A stretch of 63,252 nucleotides of DNA from positions 1-63,252 of the forward strand of contig JBAXFQ010000003.1 in assembly GCA_037139835.1 (NCBI GenBank), written 5' to 3'. A program made the translations under genes and the position numbers. This document shows positions 53,063-61,261 of the stretch, one piece after another. The notes beneath the pieces are model-generated. The model was not told the DNA's origin and did not search any database. It was given only the letters and a program-made list of their open reading frames with translations. Within the stretch, counting starts at the first letter, position 1. Every line of letters starts with the position of its first letter. The stretch comes from Candidatus Nomurabacteria bacterium. Lineage in GTDB: Bacteria; Patescibacteriota; Minisyncoccia; Phycocordibacterales; UBA9973.

Positions 53063-54616
53063 TTGAATAAGCATAGTCACGAGGTTGGTGCACCTTCTTC
53101 TTTTAAACTTTATGGCAAAGACAAAGTCCTTCGTATGATAGATCGAGGTCTATCAAAAGAAAATAGTCGAAATGTCCTACTAGTAGGAGAAACTGGTGTT
53201 GGTAAATCTGTAATAATTTCCCACTTAGGTAGATTAGGAAGATCTGGACTTTCTTTCTTTGGTATCCGCCATCATAGAGTAGTTGAATTATCTATTGAAG
53301 GTATTTCTCTAGAAGATTTTGATAAAGCAATGAACGAAGCAGCGGATGCTCATAATGTAATAGTAGTTATCGAGAATATACATGAATACCCTTCTGTCTA
53401 TGAGAGAATGATGAAATATTTAACGATGCCACATTTAGGTGTGATAACAACAACAGATTTTAGTAATTATGACCAGGTCTTAAAAAATTATCCAGATTTT
53501 CTTTCAAAGTTTGAAAAAGTAGATGTCTTAGCTACAAACGAAGAAGATACTTTATCAATAGTTAAGAATACGATAAACCTGAAAGATATCTCAATAAAAG
53601 AAGATGCTATTTTAGAAATAGTAAAACTTTCAGATAGATTCATTGGTAATCAACCTCAACCATTAAAATCCCTACTAATACTAGAAGAACTTCGCTCTCT
53701 ACATAAAAAGATTAAAATAGAAGATGTTCATCAAATAATTTCAGATAAAACAAACATACCAATGGGTGCTATGGGGGCAGAAGAAAAGAATGTTTTGATA
53801 AGTCTTGAAGCCAATATGAAAAGTAAAATTATCGGTCAAGATGAAGCAGTAAAAGATTTATCTGAATCACTAAGACGTCTTCGTACAGGTATAGCAAATC
53901 CATCAAAACCTGCAGGATCATTCCTTTTCTTAGGACCCACAGGAGTAGGTAAAACTTATACTGCCAAGGTACTAGCTGAAAGTTATTTTGGTCATAAAAA
54001 TGCAATGATTCGTTTCGACATGAGTGAATTTTCTCTTCCAAGCTCTGTAAACTTATTCACAGAAAGATTGGCGAGTGTCATAGAAGAGAATCCTCTTTCT
54101 CTCGTATTTTTTGACGAATTAGAAAAGTCTGATATGGCTATACATCATTTACTTTTACAAGTATTGGATGAAGGTAGAATAACTCGTAATAGTGGTAGAA
54201 TTGCTAGCTTTAAGGAAGCTATAATCATAGCTACTTCAAATGCAGGGAGTAAGGATATAATAAATAATCCTTTAATTAATAAAAAAGATTTAATGAGTGA
54301 TCTTATTAATAATGGAATTTTCGCACCAGAATTCTTAAATAGATGGAGTGCAGTAGTTTTATTTAAACCACTCGAAAAAGACAGTGTCAGAAAAGTAGCA
54401 GCGTTACTATTGAATGAATTTAGAGAAAGGCTTCTTGAAGATAAAAAAATCAATCTTATAATCACAGATAAACTTATAGATAAAATTGCTTCTGCAGGAT
54501 TCGACCCAGACTTTGGAGCTCGTCCTATAAATAGAGCTATAGAAGAAATAGTTGAAAATAAAGTAGCAGATTATATAATATCTGGAAATGGAAATGGAGA
54601 AATAAAAATTATGTAA
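53063..54616 (+). CDS. two-module AAA+ ATPase of the ClpA/ClpB/ClpC class (no recognisable Clp N-domain)
   Basis: D1 GETGVGKS; D2 GPTGVGKTYTAKVLAE, FFDELEKS, ATSNAG, GARPINRAIEE. D1 Walker B reads VVVIENIHE (expected hhhhDE). The ORF-track start is a TTG with no obvious SD. Confidence 0.8.
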   Translation: MNKHSHEVGAPSSFKLYGKDKVLRMIDRGLSKENSRNVLLVGETGVGKSVIISHLGRLGRSGLSFFGIRHHRVVELSIEGISLEDFDKAMNEAADAHNVIVVIENIHEYPSVYERMMKYLTMPHLGVITTTDFSNYDQVLKNYPDFLSKFEKVDVLATNEEDTLSIVKNTINLKDISIKEDAILEIVKLSDRFIGNQPQPLKSLLILEELRSLHKKIKIEDVHQIISDKTNIPMGAMGAEEKNVLISLEANMKSKIIGQDEAVKDLSESLRRLRTGIANPSKPAGSFLFLGPTGVGKTYTAKVLAESYFGHKNAMIRFDMSEFSLPSSVNLFTERLASVIEENPLSLVFFDELEKSDMAIHHLLLQVLDEGRITRNSGRIASFKEAIIIATSNAGSKDIINNPLINKKDLMSDLINNGIFAPEFLNRWSAVVLFKPLEKDSVRKVAALLLNEFRERLLEDKKINLIITDKLIDKIASAGFDPDFGARPINRAIEEIVENKVADYIISGNGNGEIKIM

Positions 54617-54618
54617 TT

Positions 54619-54653
54619 AAATAGCCCCGACAACTTCGTTGTCGGGGCTATTT
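54619..54653. terminator. strong bidirectional terminator
   Basis: AAATAGCCCCGACAA-cttcg-TTGTCGGGGCTATTT. Confidence 0.9.
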
Positions 54654-54661
54654 AATTAATT

Positions 54662-55195
54662 TTATTTTATTACCTCTGTGTTAGTTCTTTGTAAAATAAA
54701 TTCTCTTATACTGGTAGCCACATTAGAATCTATAACATCAAAAACACCTTCTGGGTCGCCTCCATTATTACCATCATTCCCTGCAGTCTCTATTATTAAC
54801 TTACTTACACCCATCATTTTAAAATTAAATGTTTGATCTATATTTATATTTTCTATCTGTCTATAAGGTATAAAAACTTCTTTTTTATTAAAAATTCCTC
54901 TTCTTATACTTATTGCATTTTCATCCAATGCATACTCACAACTAATATAATTGATCCAACTCATTAGAATGCCAAATATTATCAATAAAATAGAAATAAT
55001 AAATAACCCATTTACTAAAAAGTTAGCAATAGATAGAGATGTAGTTAGAGGGATTGCTAATGCCATCTTGGCTACCATTACCCCTTTTAAAGAAGAAATA
55101 ATAAATGAAACTACTAGTAAAAAAATACCAGAGACTACCCTCTTTGATAGATAATAATAGAATACTTTGATTCCTAACTTTTTATTTGTGAGCAT
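54662..55195 (-). CDS. membrane protein with a bacterial PH (bPH_2/YdbS-YdbT-like) domain
   Basis: Two TM helices, then ISIRRGIFNKKEVFIPYRQIENINIDQTFNFKMMGVSKLIIETAG. ATG at 55195 preferred over the GTG at 55243. Confidence 0.7.
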   Translation of the reverse strand: MLTNKKLGIKVFYYYLSKRVVSGIFLLVVSFIISSLKGVMVAKMALAIPLTTSLSIANFLVNGLFIISILLIIFGILMSWINYISCEYALDENAISIRRGIFNKKEVFIPYRQIENINIDQTFNFKMMGVSKLIIETAGNDGNNGGDPEGVFDVIDSNVATSIREFILQRTNTEVIK

Positions 55196-55253
55196 TTTAT
55201 TATTATAACAGTTATAAAAAATAAAAAAACACCAAACACTCACCTAGATAAAG

Positions 55254-56129
55254 TTACTTTATATTAAATGTTTTTCCTAGTTCATTTGAATAATAGAATT
55301 CAAACGCTAAACCACCAAATGTATAAGTCTTCTCCCCTACTTTTATATCTGACCCACCAACTTCTGGATTATCTTTGGGTTCTGAATGTTTAAATCCTAA
55401 ATTAAAAAGAGTAGCAGTTATCTCTGGTCTGTCTGATATTTGATACCCTGCGTCCTCCCATTGTTTCTCTATTTGTTTTATAAAAATTGCAGTATAAAGA
55501 TATGAATAATAATGATCCTTTTCATTGGTTAGGCGGTCCATCCTTTCTTTATCTGGATTATCTGTTTTAAAATCTAAAACATGTTCATATTTAGATCCTA
55601 AATAATAAGGACTGTTGGTATCTTTTAAGTTGGATTCAATTTGTTGTGCCGTCGCTATCTTGACGCCAGCTATACCATAAGAAAATTTAACACTGTTGCC
55701 AAGTGCTTGCAAAGGAAGAAAAACTTTTTTTAGAAGTTCTCTATTTGATCCAAAATAACGAAACTGCTCTACTACTATAGGTGCGATAATAGTACGAGCA
55801 GGAACTCCTGAGACAAGACTCGCTTTTTCTATGATATTCTTATCAGAAGTAAGTCCCCTTCTGACGACGGTCCATTCATCAGTTTTAGCCCAATCTGGAG
55901 TCTTGGCTACTTCTTTTTTACGAGCGAAAACGCTTTGTATTGAATTATATAAATCACTCTTGGAATCAACACTGCCCTCAACATTAGTAAGATTGAGTCT
56001 CATAGCCATAAAAACAGCAAAAAATACAAAAACAACAAAAGCTGCACCTTTTGTAAAAAAAATAAGCGCCTTTTGCGCCATTTCCTTTTTGCTAATTTTT
56101 TTGATTAAATTCAAAACAAAACCTTTCAT
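55254..56129 (-). CDS. membrane-anchored hypothetical protein (very weak lytic-transglycosylase-like E ... S-x-G ... motif spacing)
   Basis: N-terminal TM helix; VVEQFRYFG ... FSYGIAGVKIATAQQI ... LFNLGF. I cannot support the function beyond this. Confidence 0.3.
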   Translation of the reverse strand: MKGFVLNLIKKISKKEMAQKALIFFTKGAAFVVFVFFAVFMAMRLNLTNVEGSVDSKSDLYNSIQSVFARKKEVAKTPDWAKTDEWTVVRRGLTSDKNIIEKASLVSGVPARTIIAPIVVEQFRYFGSNRELLKKVFLPLQALGNSVKFSYGIAGVKIATAQQIESNLKDTNSPYYLGSKYEHVLDFKTDNPDKERMDRLTNEKDHYYSYLYTAIFIKQIEKQWEDAGYQISDRPEITATLFNLGFKHSEPKDNPEVGGSDIKVGEKTYTFGGLAFEFYYSNELGKTFNIK

Positions 56130-56214
56130 GACGATTCATCATATCACACAAAATAATCCTTTGTCAAATCAAGAATTTTAGACAATTCTGCTTTTAAAGT
56201 TTCATTAAAATCAA

Positions 56215-57036
56215 TCACATAATGCTAAATACATTGATAATCTTATCTCTCGCCTCAAAGGGATAGATTATTTTATCTTTCAATTCAGACATAGGTATCC
56301 ATACTAATTCATAAGTTCCATACTTCTCTATATCCCTACCACTCCATTCTGGGCCTGTGCCTGTTCCCACTTTACCACTTACAATATTACAGTTATAAAA
56401 GTATTGAACTTGACCTTGAAAGTTATCTAAAACATAAAATTTCTTCATAAATAAATCTACTATTTCAATAGTAGTACCAAGTTCTTCTAGACATTCTCTT
56501 TTTAATCCATCTTCTAGACTATTGTCCGTATCATCTACACCACCACCAGGAAATACAAAATATTCATCGCCTTGTTTAATACGATGTATAAGTAAAACTT
56601 TTTTATCTTTTATAATTATAGACCTGACTCGCTTTTCTGTTTTGTTATCTAAATATTCATTTATAAGTTCTATGTCTTTAGCATCTTTTTCTCTACCTAA
56701 TGCAGTTTTAAACTTTATTAATTCATATAAATTCATATATGGTGTATCTTCTATTATCAGAGCACTAGCTATAGCTTCTTCTGTAGTTGTATTATATTTT
56801 TCCCAATTTAATTGGGGAATAATCTCATATATATCTTTTTTTAGAAAAATCTTACCATATCTTTCATCTTCTTCCCATTCTCCAGACTCTCTTAATTTCT
56901 GGTGTAAATCTTTTGTTACTACTATATCTATGTCGGAAGCTTTCCTTATACCCAATATATCCAATACCCCACTACCAACGACAACATATTGGCCTTTGGG
57001 AAAATTTAATTCTTTTATTTTTTGGATGAGATCCAT
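56215..57036 (-). CDS. fusion of a minimal nucleotidyltransferase-fold domain with a Nudix hydrolase domain
   Basis: N-terminus VVVGSGVLDILGIRKASDIDIVV (G[SG]-x(9-13)-D-x-D pattern). C-terminus GGGVDDTDNSLEDGLKRECLEELG (Nudix box, one residue longer than the canonical spacing). Confidence 0.65.
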   Translation of the reverse strand: MDLIQKIKELNFPKGQYVVVGSGVLDILGIRKASDIDIVVTKDLHQKLRESGEWEEDERYGKIFLKKDIYEIIPQLNWEKYNTTTEEAIASALIIEDTPYMNLYELIKFKTALGREKDAKDIELINEYLDNKTEKRVRSIIIKDKKVLLIHRIKQGDEYFVFPGGGVDDTDNSLEDGLKRECLEELGTTIEIVDLFMKKFYVLDNFQGQVQYFYNCNIVSGKVGTGTGPEWSGRDIEKYGTYELVWIPMSELKDKIIYPFEARDKIINVFSIM

Positions 57037-57099
57037 AAGATTATTATATATTTATAATTGTCTTTGTTGTATATTATTTAAACTAAAATTATATGTTAT

Positions 57100-57993
57100 C
57101 TATTTATTTAAAGCATCACATAAAGAACCACTGCATTTACTATTATACATATTATTATCACTATAACTTTTAGAATTATCATAATTACAAGTCATACTTT
57201 TATTATTCCATTCTGGTCTTTGACTTGTTATATATGCTATTTTTACCAAACAGAATTTATCCCTTTTACCTAAAATTTCACTATATGCCTTATAGTAAGT
57301 TTTAGGGCCTTCTGCAAATGGACTTGTATTTGGATCAAGAATATTAATATTTTCTTTAGACAAAGAACAACTCTTAAACTGTTTCTCCATACAATCATTT
57401 GCTTTTTGATCTGATTCATTTGTTCCAGGTATGGTTGTTGTTCCACAGTCTATAATATTATTTTTTACGACTGGAATAACTTTGTTTTGAGCAACAGAAG
57501 AAACAGGAGAAGTTGTAGGTGTCTTTATTTCTTCAATTTTAGGTTGTAAATTCTGTGTTGTATTTGTTTCTACTACAGTTGTGGTTTCTTGTTTATTTAC
57601 CGTAGGTTCTACTTTTTGTATTTGAGGTTTAGTATTATTTTCTTGAGTTAATTCTTTTACAGGAATAACTTTACTTTTAAAAAAATTTTTAATTATAGGT
57701 AAGTCATTTCTATAATAAAAACCTGATACACCTCCAGCAGCTATTATAAATAAAACCACTATAATTAATAGTGCTTTTTTGTTTGAATGATTAACAACTT
57801 GGTTTAAATTTGAATTACTTATGACACTATTAGTGGCAAATGAATTCATATTGGAAGCATTCACTGTATTAAATCCCTCTTGGATATCTTGTTCATTCCA
57901 TCCACCTCCTAATAATTCTTTTGTGATTGTTTCCTTGTTTAGGCCCTTTAGTAATTGTTGTTTAATATAATCTAACAATTGTTGGTTAATCAT
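57100..57993 (-). CDS. single-pass membrane protein with a Cys-containing extracytoplasmic domain; hypothetical
   Basis: N-terminus MINQQLLDYIKQQLLKG...GWNEQDIQEGF, TM helix LLIIVVLFIIAAGGVSGFYY, and a C-terminal domain with 6 Cys. Confidence 0.5.
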   Translation of the reverse strand: MINQQLLDYIKQQLLKGLNKETITKELLGGGWNEQDIQEGFNTVNASNMNSFATNSVISNSNLNQVVNHSNKKALLIIVVLFIIAAGGVSGFYYRNDLPIIKNFFKSKVIPVKELTQENNTKPQIQKVEPTVNKQETTTVVETNTTQNLQPKIEEIKTPTTSPVSSVAQNKVIPVVKNNIIDCGTTTIPGTNESDQKANDCMEKQFKSCSLSKENINILDPNTSPFAEGPKTYYKAYSEILGKRDKFCLVKIAYITSQRPEWNNKSMTCNYDNSKSYSDNNMYNSKCSGSLCDALNK

Positions 57994-58024
57994 TATTAAA
58001 TTATATCATAATTAAAAATTCGAA

Positions 58025-58038
58025 GGTGCCTACTGTGA
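58025..58038 (-). repeat. copy of the tRNA-His 3' end (GGTGCCTACTGtGA), distal
   Basis: 13 of 14 positions match 61101-61114. Embedded in a hairpin CTACTG-tgaccgg-CAGTAG. Confidence 0.6.
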
Positions 58039-58166
58039 CCGGCAGTAGCCTTTTGGCATAGCAAGGACGGTCCTTGCTATATCTAAATTATTTTTTTGTA
58101 TAGATAATTTCTCTTACTTCATCTGCTTCTTCTATGTTTAAATAAAATGACATATCAGCCCTATTA

Positions 58167-58592
58167 TTACTTTCCCCCTCTTCTAATTTCAATTTGAGAA
58201 GGAGAAGATGTCCATATATTTATCTCAGAGATATTGAATATTCTAGAAATTACACCATTATTAGTTTCAACATTCTGAATTGTATTGAAAGATATTGTTT
58301 TAGTACTTTTTGATAAAATACCTCTATATGTAGTTATTTTATCATCATCAATTATGTAAAAGAAATTCTTATAGCTTAGATATAAATAAATTGTTATTGG
58401 GATCCCAAATAATATAAAGATGGATTTAAAAGCACTCATCCCTCCCCCAGCAATTGAAAAAGGCATTGATATTAAAATAATTATTAAAACTAACTTAGTA
58501 AAAGCATACCAAAAATAACTTAACGGTATTTTATTTTTTATCGATTTCTCAACCATATATAAATATAAATTATTAATAATAAAAAATACCAA
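58167..58592 (-). CDS. membrane protein with a bacterial PH (bPH_2) domain
   Basis: Two TM helices, then ITTYRGILSKSTKTISFNTIQNVETNNGVISRIFNISEINIWTSS. Confidence 0.65.
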   Translation of the reverse strand: MVFFIINNLYLYMVEKSIKNKIPLSYFWYAFTKLVLIIILISMPFSIAGGGMSAFKSIFILFGIPITIYLYLSYKNFFYIIDDDKITTYRGILSKSTKTISFNTIQNVETNNGVISRIFNISEINIWTSSPSQIEIRRGGK

Positions 58593-58649
58593 CCTAAATG
58601 ATTATAATGATGAAGATTTATAACGGCACCAGACTCTTTTATAATTTTT

Positions 58650-59510
58650 TTATCTCATCATTGCTTTTGTCTTTGGTCCTATAAGTCCATCAGGAACAAG
58701 TCCTTTACTTATCTGCCATTTTTTGATTATAGCTATTGTCTTAGGCCCAAGCTTACCATCAATTACTAATCCTAAATTCATAGTGTCATTCAAGTATCTT
58801 TGTAATTCTTTAACAGCATCACCAGTACTTCCATTTTTCAATGTTTTAGTACCGAGATTATATTTAATAGGAGTTGAATTTGAAAGATAATTTGTTGGAT
58901 TATAAACTGGAGTTGTATTTTTAGTAACTAAATTTTTTATACAAGATTGACCATTAATATAACTAAATCCAGTTGTTCTATCACCGCATCCTGGTATAGA
59001 TGAATCAACGACAGGAGCAATAATAGGAATAATAGGATTAACAACAGTTACAGGTTTTGCTATTATTATCGGAGAAGGACTACTACCCCCTCCTCCACCC
59101 CCACCTCCACCTCCTCCGACAGGAGCAACATAATAAGTGAAAGCTAAATCTTTAGTAATAGTCGATCCTTCTGTAAAAGATGAATAAGACATCAATGTAG
59201 TCCCCTTACTTTCAGCTCCTGATAATATTGAAGAAGATTTGAAAGTAAAAGTAATTGCTCCAGAACCTTCACTAACAAGTAATTTATTCGCTGTTGAAGC
59301 AATACTACCGTAAGCACCAGAACTATCGACAGTCGATTGTCCTGCTAATGTAGTTCCATAGTAAGCACTAATTATTGTCCCCTCTGGAGCTTTTGTTCCA
59401 TTTATAGTTACGTTTCCATAGAAAGCCATTGGGAATTTAGGAATTGATGAAGCAGAAGAAATTGAAGGAAATATTATTAAAGCTATAAAAATAAATAAGT
59501 ATTTTTTCAT
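58650..59510 (-). CDS. secreted protein with a poly-Gly linker and a C-terminal peptidoglycan-binding (PG_binding_1-like) domain
   Basis: Signal peptide; G(13) run; GSTGDAVKELQRYLN...IDGKLGPKTIAIIKKWQ...GLVPDGLIGPKT. Confidence 0.7.
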   Translation of the reverse strand: MKKYLFIFIALIIFPSISSASSIPKFPMAFYGNVTINGTKAPEGTIISAYYGTTLAGQSTVDSSGAYGSIASTANKLLVSEGSGAITFTFKSSSILSGAESKGTTLMSYSSFTEGSTITKDLAFTYYVAPVGGGGGGGGGGGSSPSPIIIAKPVTVVNPIIPIIAPVVDSSIPGCGDRTTGFSYINGQSCIKNLVTKNTTPVYNPTNYLSNSTPIKYNLGTKTLKNGSTGDAVKELQRYLNDTMNLGLVIDGKLGPKTIAIIKKWQISKGLVPDGLIGPKTKAMMR

Positions 59511-59516
59511 AAATTA

Positions 59517-60809
59517 TTAGTTAGCGTATACAGAGTTAGTGTAGAAGTTGGTAAGTCCTGATGTTACTGCTGTTGTACTTGTTAAATCAGAATTTTCAAA
59601 TGTAAGACCTGTAATTTCAAATTTTACAAACCCAGCTGTCTCTGTTATTTTAGAGGCTGTCAAAGTTATAGTAGCTTGATTACCATCAGATATAGTTGTA
59701 TTAGGATTTATAGTGTAGTTAACATTACTACCCATATTAGTACCAGTTATTCCTATATAACTAAGATTATCTGTTAATTTAGCTAAGCTAATTCCAGTTG
59801 GTTTTACTGTAAAGACGAATGTACCTGTAGCATAACCAGAAACACCTTGAGTAGATGGAATTGCTGTAGCCGTAGCACTAACTAGACTTACTTCAACACC
59901 AGGAATTGGTACTACATTAACTGTTCTAGAAATTTGAATAGCATTATTACCATAAGCATCTGAAACATTATATGTCACAGTATAAGTACCAGCTACACTT
60001 GTATTCACTGGATTTACTGTAACTATATTTGCTGTTATATTTCCATCTACATTATCACTGGCTGTTGCTCCAGCATCAGTATAGGAATCCCCGACTGTAA
60101 GATTAATAGTTGAATCACCAACTAAAGTTATAACTGGTTTAGTAATATCTGGAACTAATAAACTTTGTGAACCAAGATAATTATTTGTTGGATTTGTAAC
60201 AAATACTCCATAACCTTTTAATTCACGTAAATCATTTAAAATATTAACATCTGATACTGTTTTAGAAAGCCAATTATTACTTATAGATGGTGAATCTAAA
60301 TTAGCGTTAGTATTTGTAAAATCAATAACTTCACTAATAGAATCAGAAATTGAATTTATTATATTACTTGGATTATTAGTATCTACACTAGTTAATCCTT
60401 GAGGTATAGCATAACTAGGAGAAGCTACTCCTATAGCATTCCATCCTGTCTGTAAAGTTCTTTGAAATAATCTTTGAGATGGAGATATACTAAAATTGTA
60501 ATTAAATTGTAATGTTTGATCGGAACCTGTTTTGTTGTTTATGAAATAAGCATACAAAGGTTGAAATTCTGTTTGTCCTGCCCCAGACATTGTCTGCCAT
60601 CCTGAAATAGAAGTTGGATTCAACAGATATATATCAAAATTAGTAGAGACTTCCGAAGCAGAAAAATGATGGCTCAATAATACTTTTGGAGTTGAAACAA
60701 TATTCCAACCAGGAGAAAGTGTTATAGATTGGTTATCAATGACAGAAGCTCTGGTTAACGACGGCATAACCAAAAAAGCTAAAAACAGAAATCCAATGTA
60801 TTTTTTCAT
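59517..60809 (-). CDS. secreted surface protein with an Ig-like (DUF5011-type) domain
   Basis: Signal peptide. PVITLVGDSTINLTVGDSYTDAGATASDNVDGNIT...GTYTVTYNVSD parallels the domain in 35616-37817. Confidence 0.65.
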   Translation of the reverse strand: MKKYIGFLFLAFLVMPSLTRASVIDNQSITLSPGWNIVSTPKVLLSHHFSASEVSTNFDIYLLNPTSISGWQTMSGAGQTEFQPLYAYFINNKTGSDQTLQFNYNFSISPSQRLFQRTLQTGWNAIGVASPSYAIPQGLTSVDTNNPSNIINSISDSISEVIDFTNTNANLDSPSISNNWLSKTVSDVNILNDLRELKGYGVFVTNPTNNYLGSQSLLVPDITKPVITLVGDSTINLTVGDSYTDAGATASDNVDGNITANIVTVNPVNTSVAGTYTVTYNVSDAYGNNAIQISRTVNVVPIPGVEVSLVSATATAIPSTQGVSGYATGTFVFTVKPTGISLAKLTDNLSYIGITGTNMGSNVNYTINPNTTISDGNQATITLTASKITETAGFVKFEITGLTFENSDLTSTTAVTSGLTNFYTNSVYAN

Positions 60810-60926
60810 ATATTTTTTATTAGATGCTAATGTTCTAATAATACAACTGTTATAGAAGAAAGCAAGAATATCACTATTGGAACCATGAGTAAATTTTTGG
60901 TCACGAGTTACTAAGTCAAAAATGCT

Positions 60927-60941
60927 GGTTGCCTACTGGGA
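60927..60941 (-). repeat. copy of the tRNA-His 3' end (GGtTGCCTACTGGGA), proximal
   Basis: TGCCTACTGGGA (60930-60941) is identical to 61103-61114. Confidence 0.6.
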
Positions 60942-61056
60942 CCGCGAGTACGCTTTTTGACTATTACATAGTCAGGTACTTTTCGCTCTGGTTAACACCA
61001 GAGAACGAAAAGTCTTTCAAATCCCAGACGCAAGCCAAGTAGTTGGCTTGCTTAGT

Positions 61057-61104
61057 CACCCCAAAATAAAAACAGCCCCTTTCGGGGGTTTTTATTTTGG
61101 GGTG
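61057..61104. terminator. long palindrome/terminator overlapping the tRNA-His acceptor 3' end
   Basis: CACCCCAAAATAAAAAC-agCCCC-tttc-GGGGg-GTTTTTATTTTGGGGTG. The right arm includes the CCA and discriminator positions of the tRNA. Confidence 0.7.
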
Positions 61105-61173
61105 CCTACTGGGATTTGAACCCAGACTGAGAGTTCCACAAACTCTAGTGCTAACCATTACACTATAGGCACC
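61098..61173 (-). tRNA. tRNA-His (anticodon GTG) with encoded G-1 and encoded CCA
   Basis: Minus strand G-GTGCCTA-TA-GTGT-AATGGTTA-GCAC-T-AGAGT-TTGTGGA-ACTCT-CAGT-CTGGG-TTCAAAT-CCCAG-TAGGCAC-C-CCA. The cloverleaf was folded by hand. G-1:C73 is the His identity feature. Confidence 0.9.
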
Positions 61174-61261
61174 ATATCTAAATTACTATTAGTAAATAAC
61201 AGCAACTAACCATTTATACCAGAAAATACCTAAAAAATCTAGGCATAATCTTTTTTATAAA

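Noticed and set aside
56522-57166. Plus-strand 214-aa ORF.
   Set aside because: It is antisense to the NTase-Nudix gene and the start of the next gene, with a Ser/Phe/Ile-rich shadow-frame composition.
61012-61030. A possible second tRNA on the plus strand, suggested by the string TTCAAATCCCAG.
   Set aside because: There is no complementary T-stem 5' half, acceptor stem or anticodon arm. It is only an inverted fragment of the tRNA-His T-loop.
60964-61158. Minus-strand 64-aa ORF.
   Set aside because: It overlaps the tRNA-His gene and its terminator palindrome. It is an artefact of the open frame through the structured RNA.
58025-61173. Intact prophage or integrative element at tRNA-His.
   Set aside because: No integrase, excisionase, or phage structural or replication genes are present in the bracketed segment. 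Only the repeat footprint is reported.
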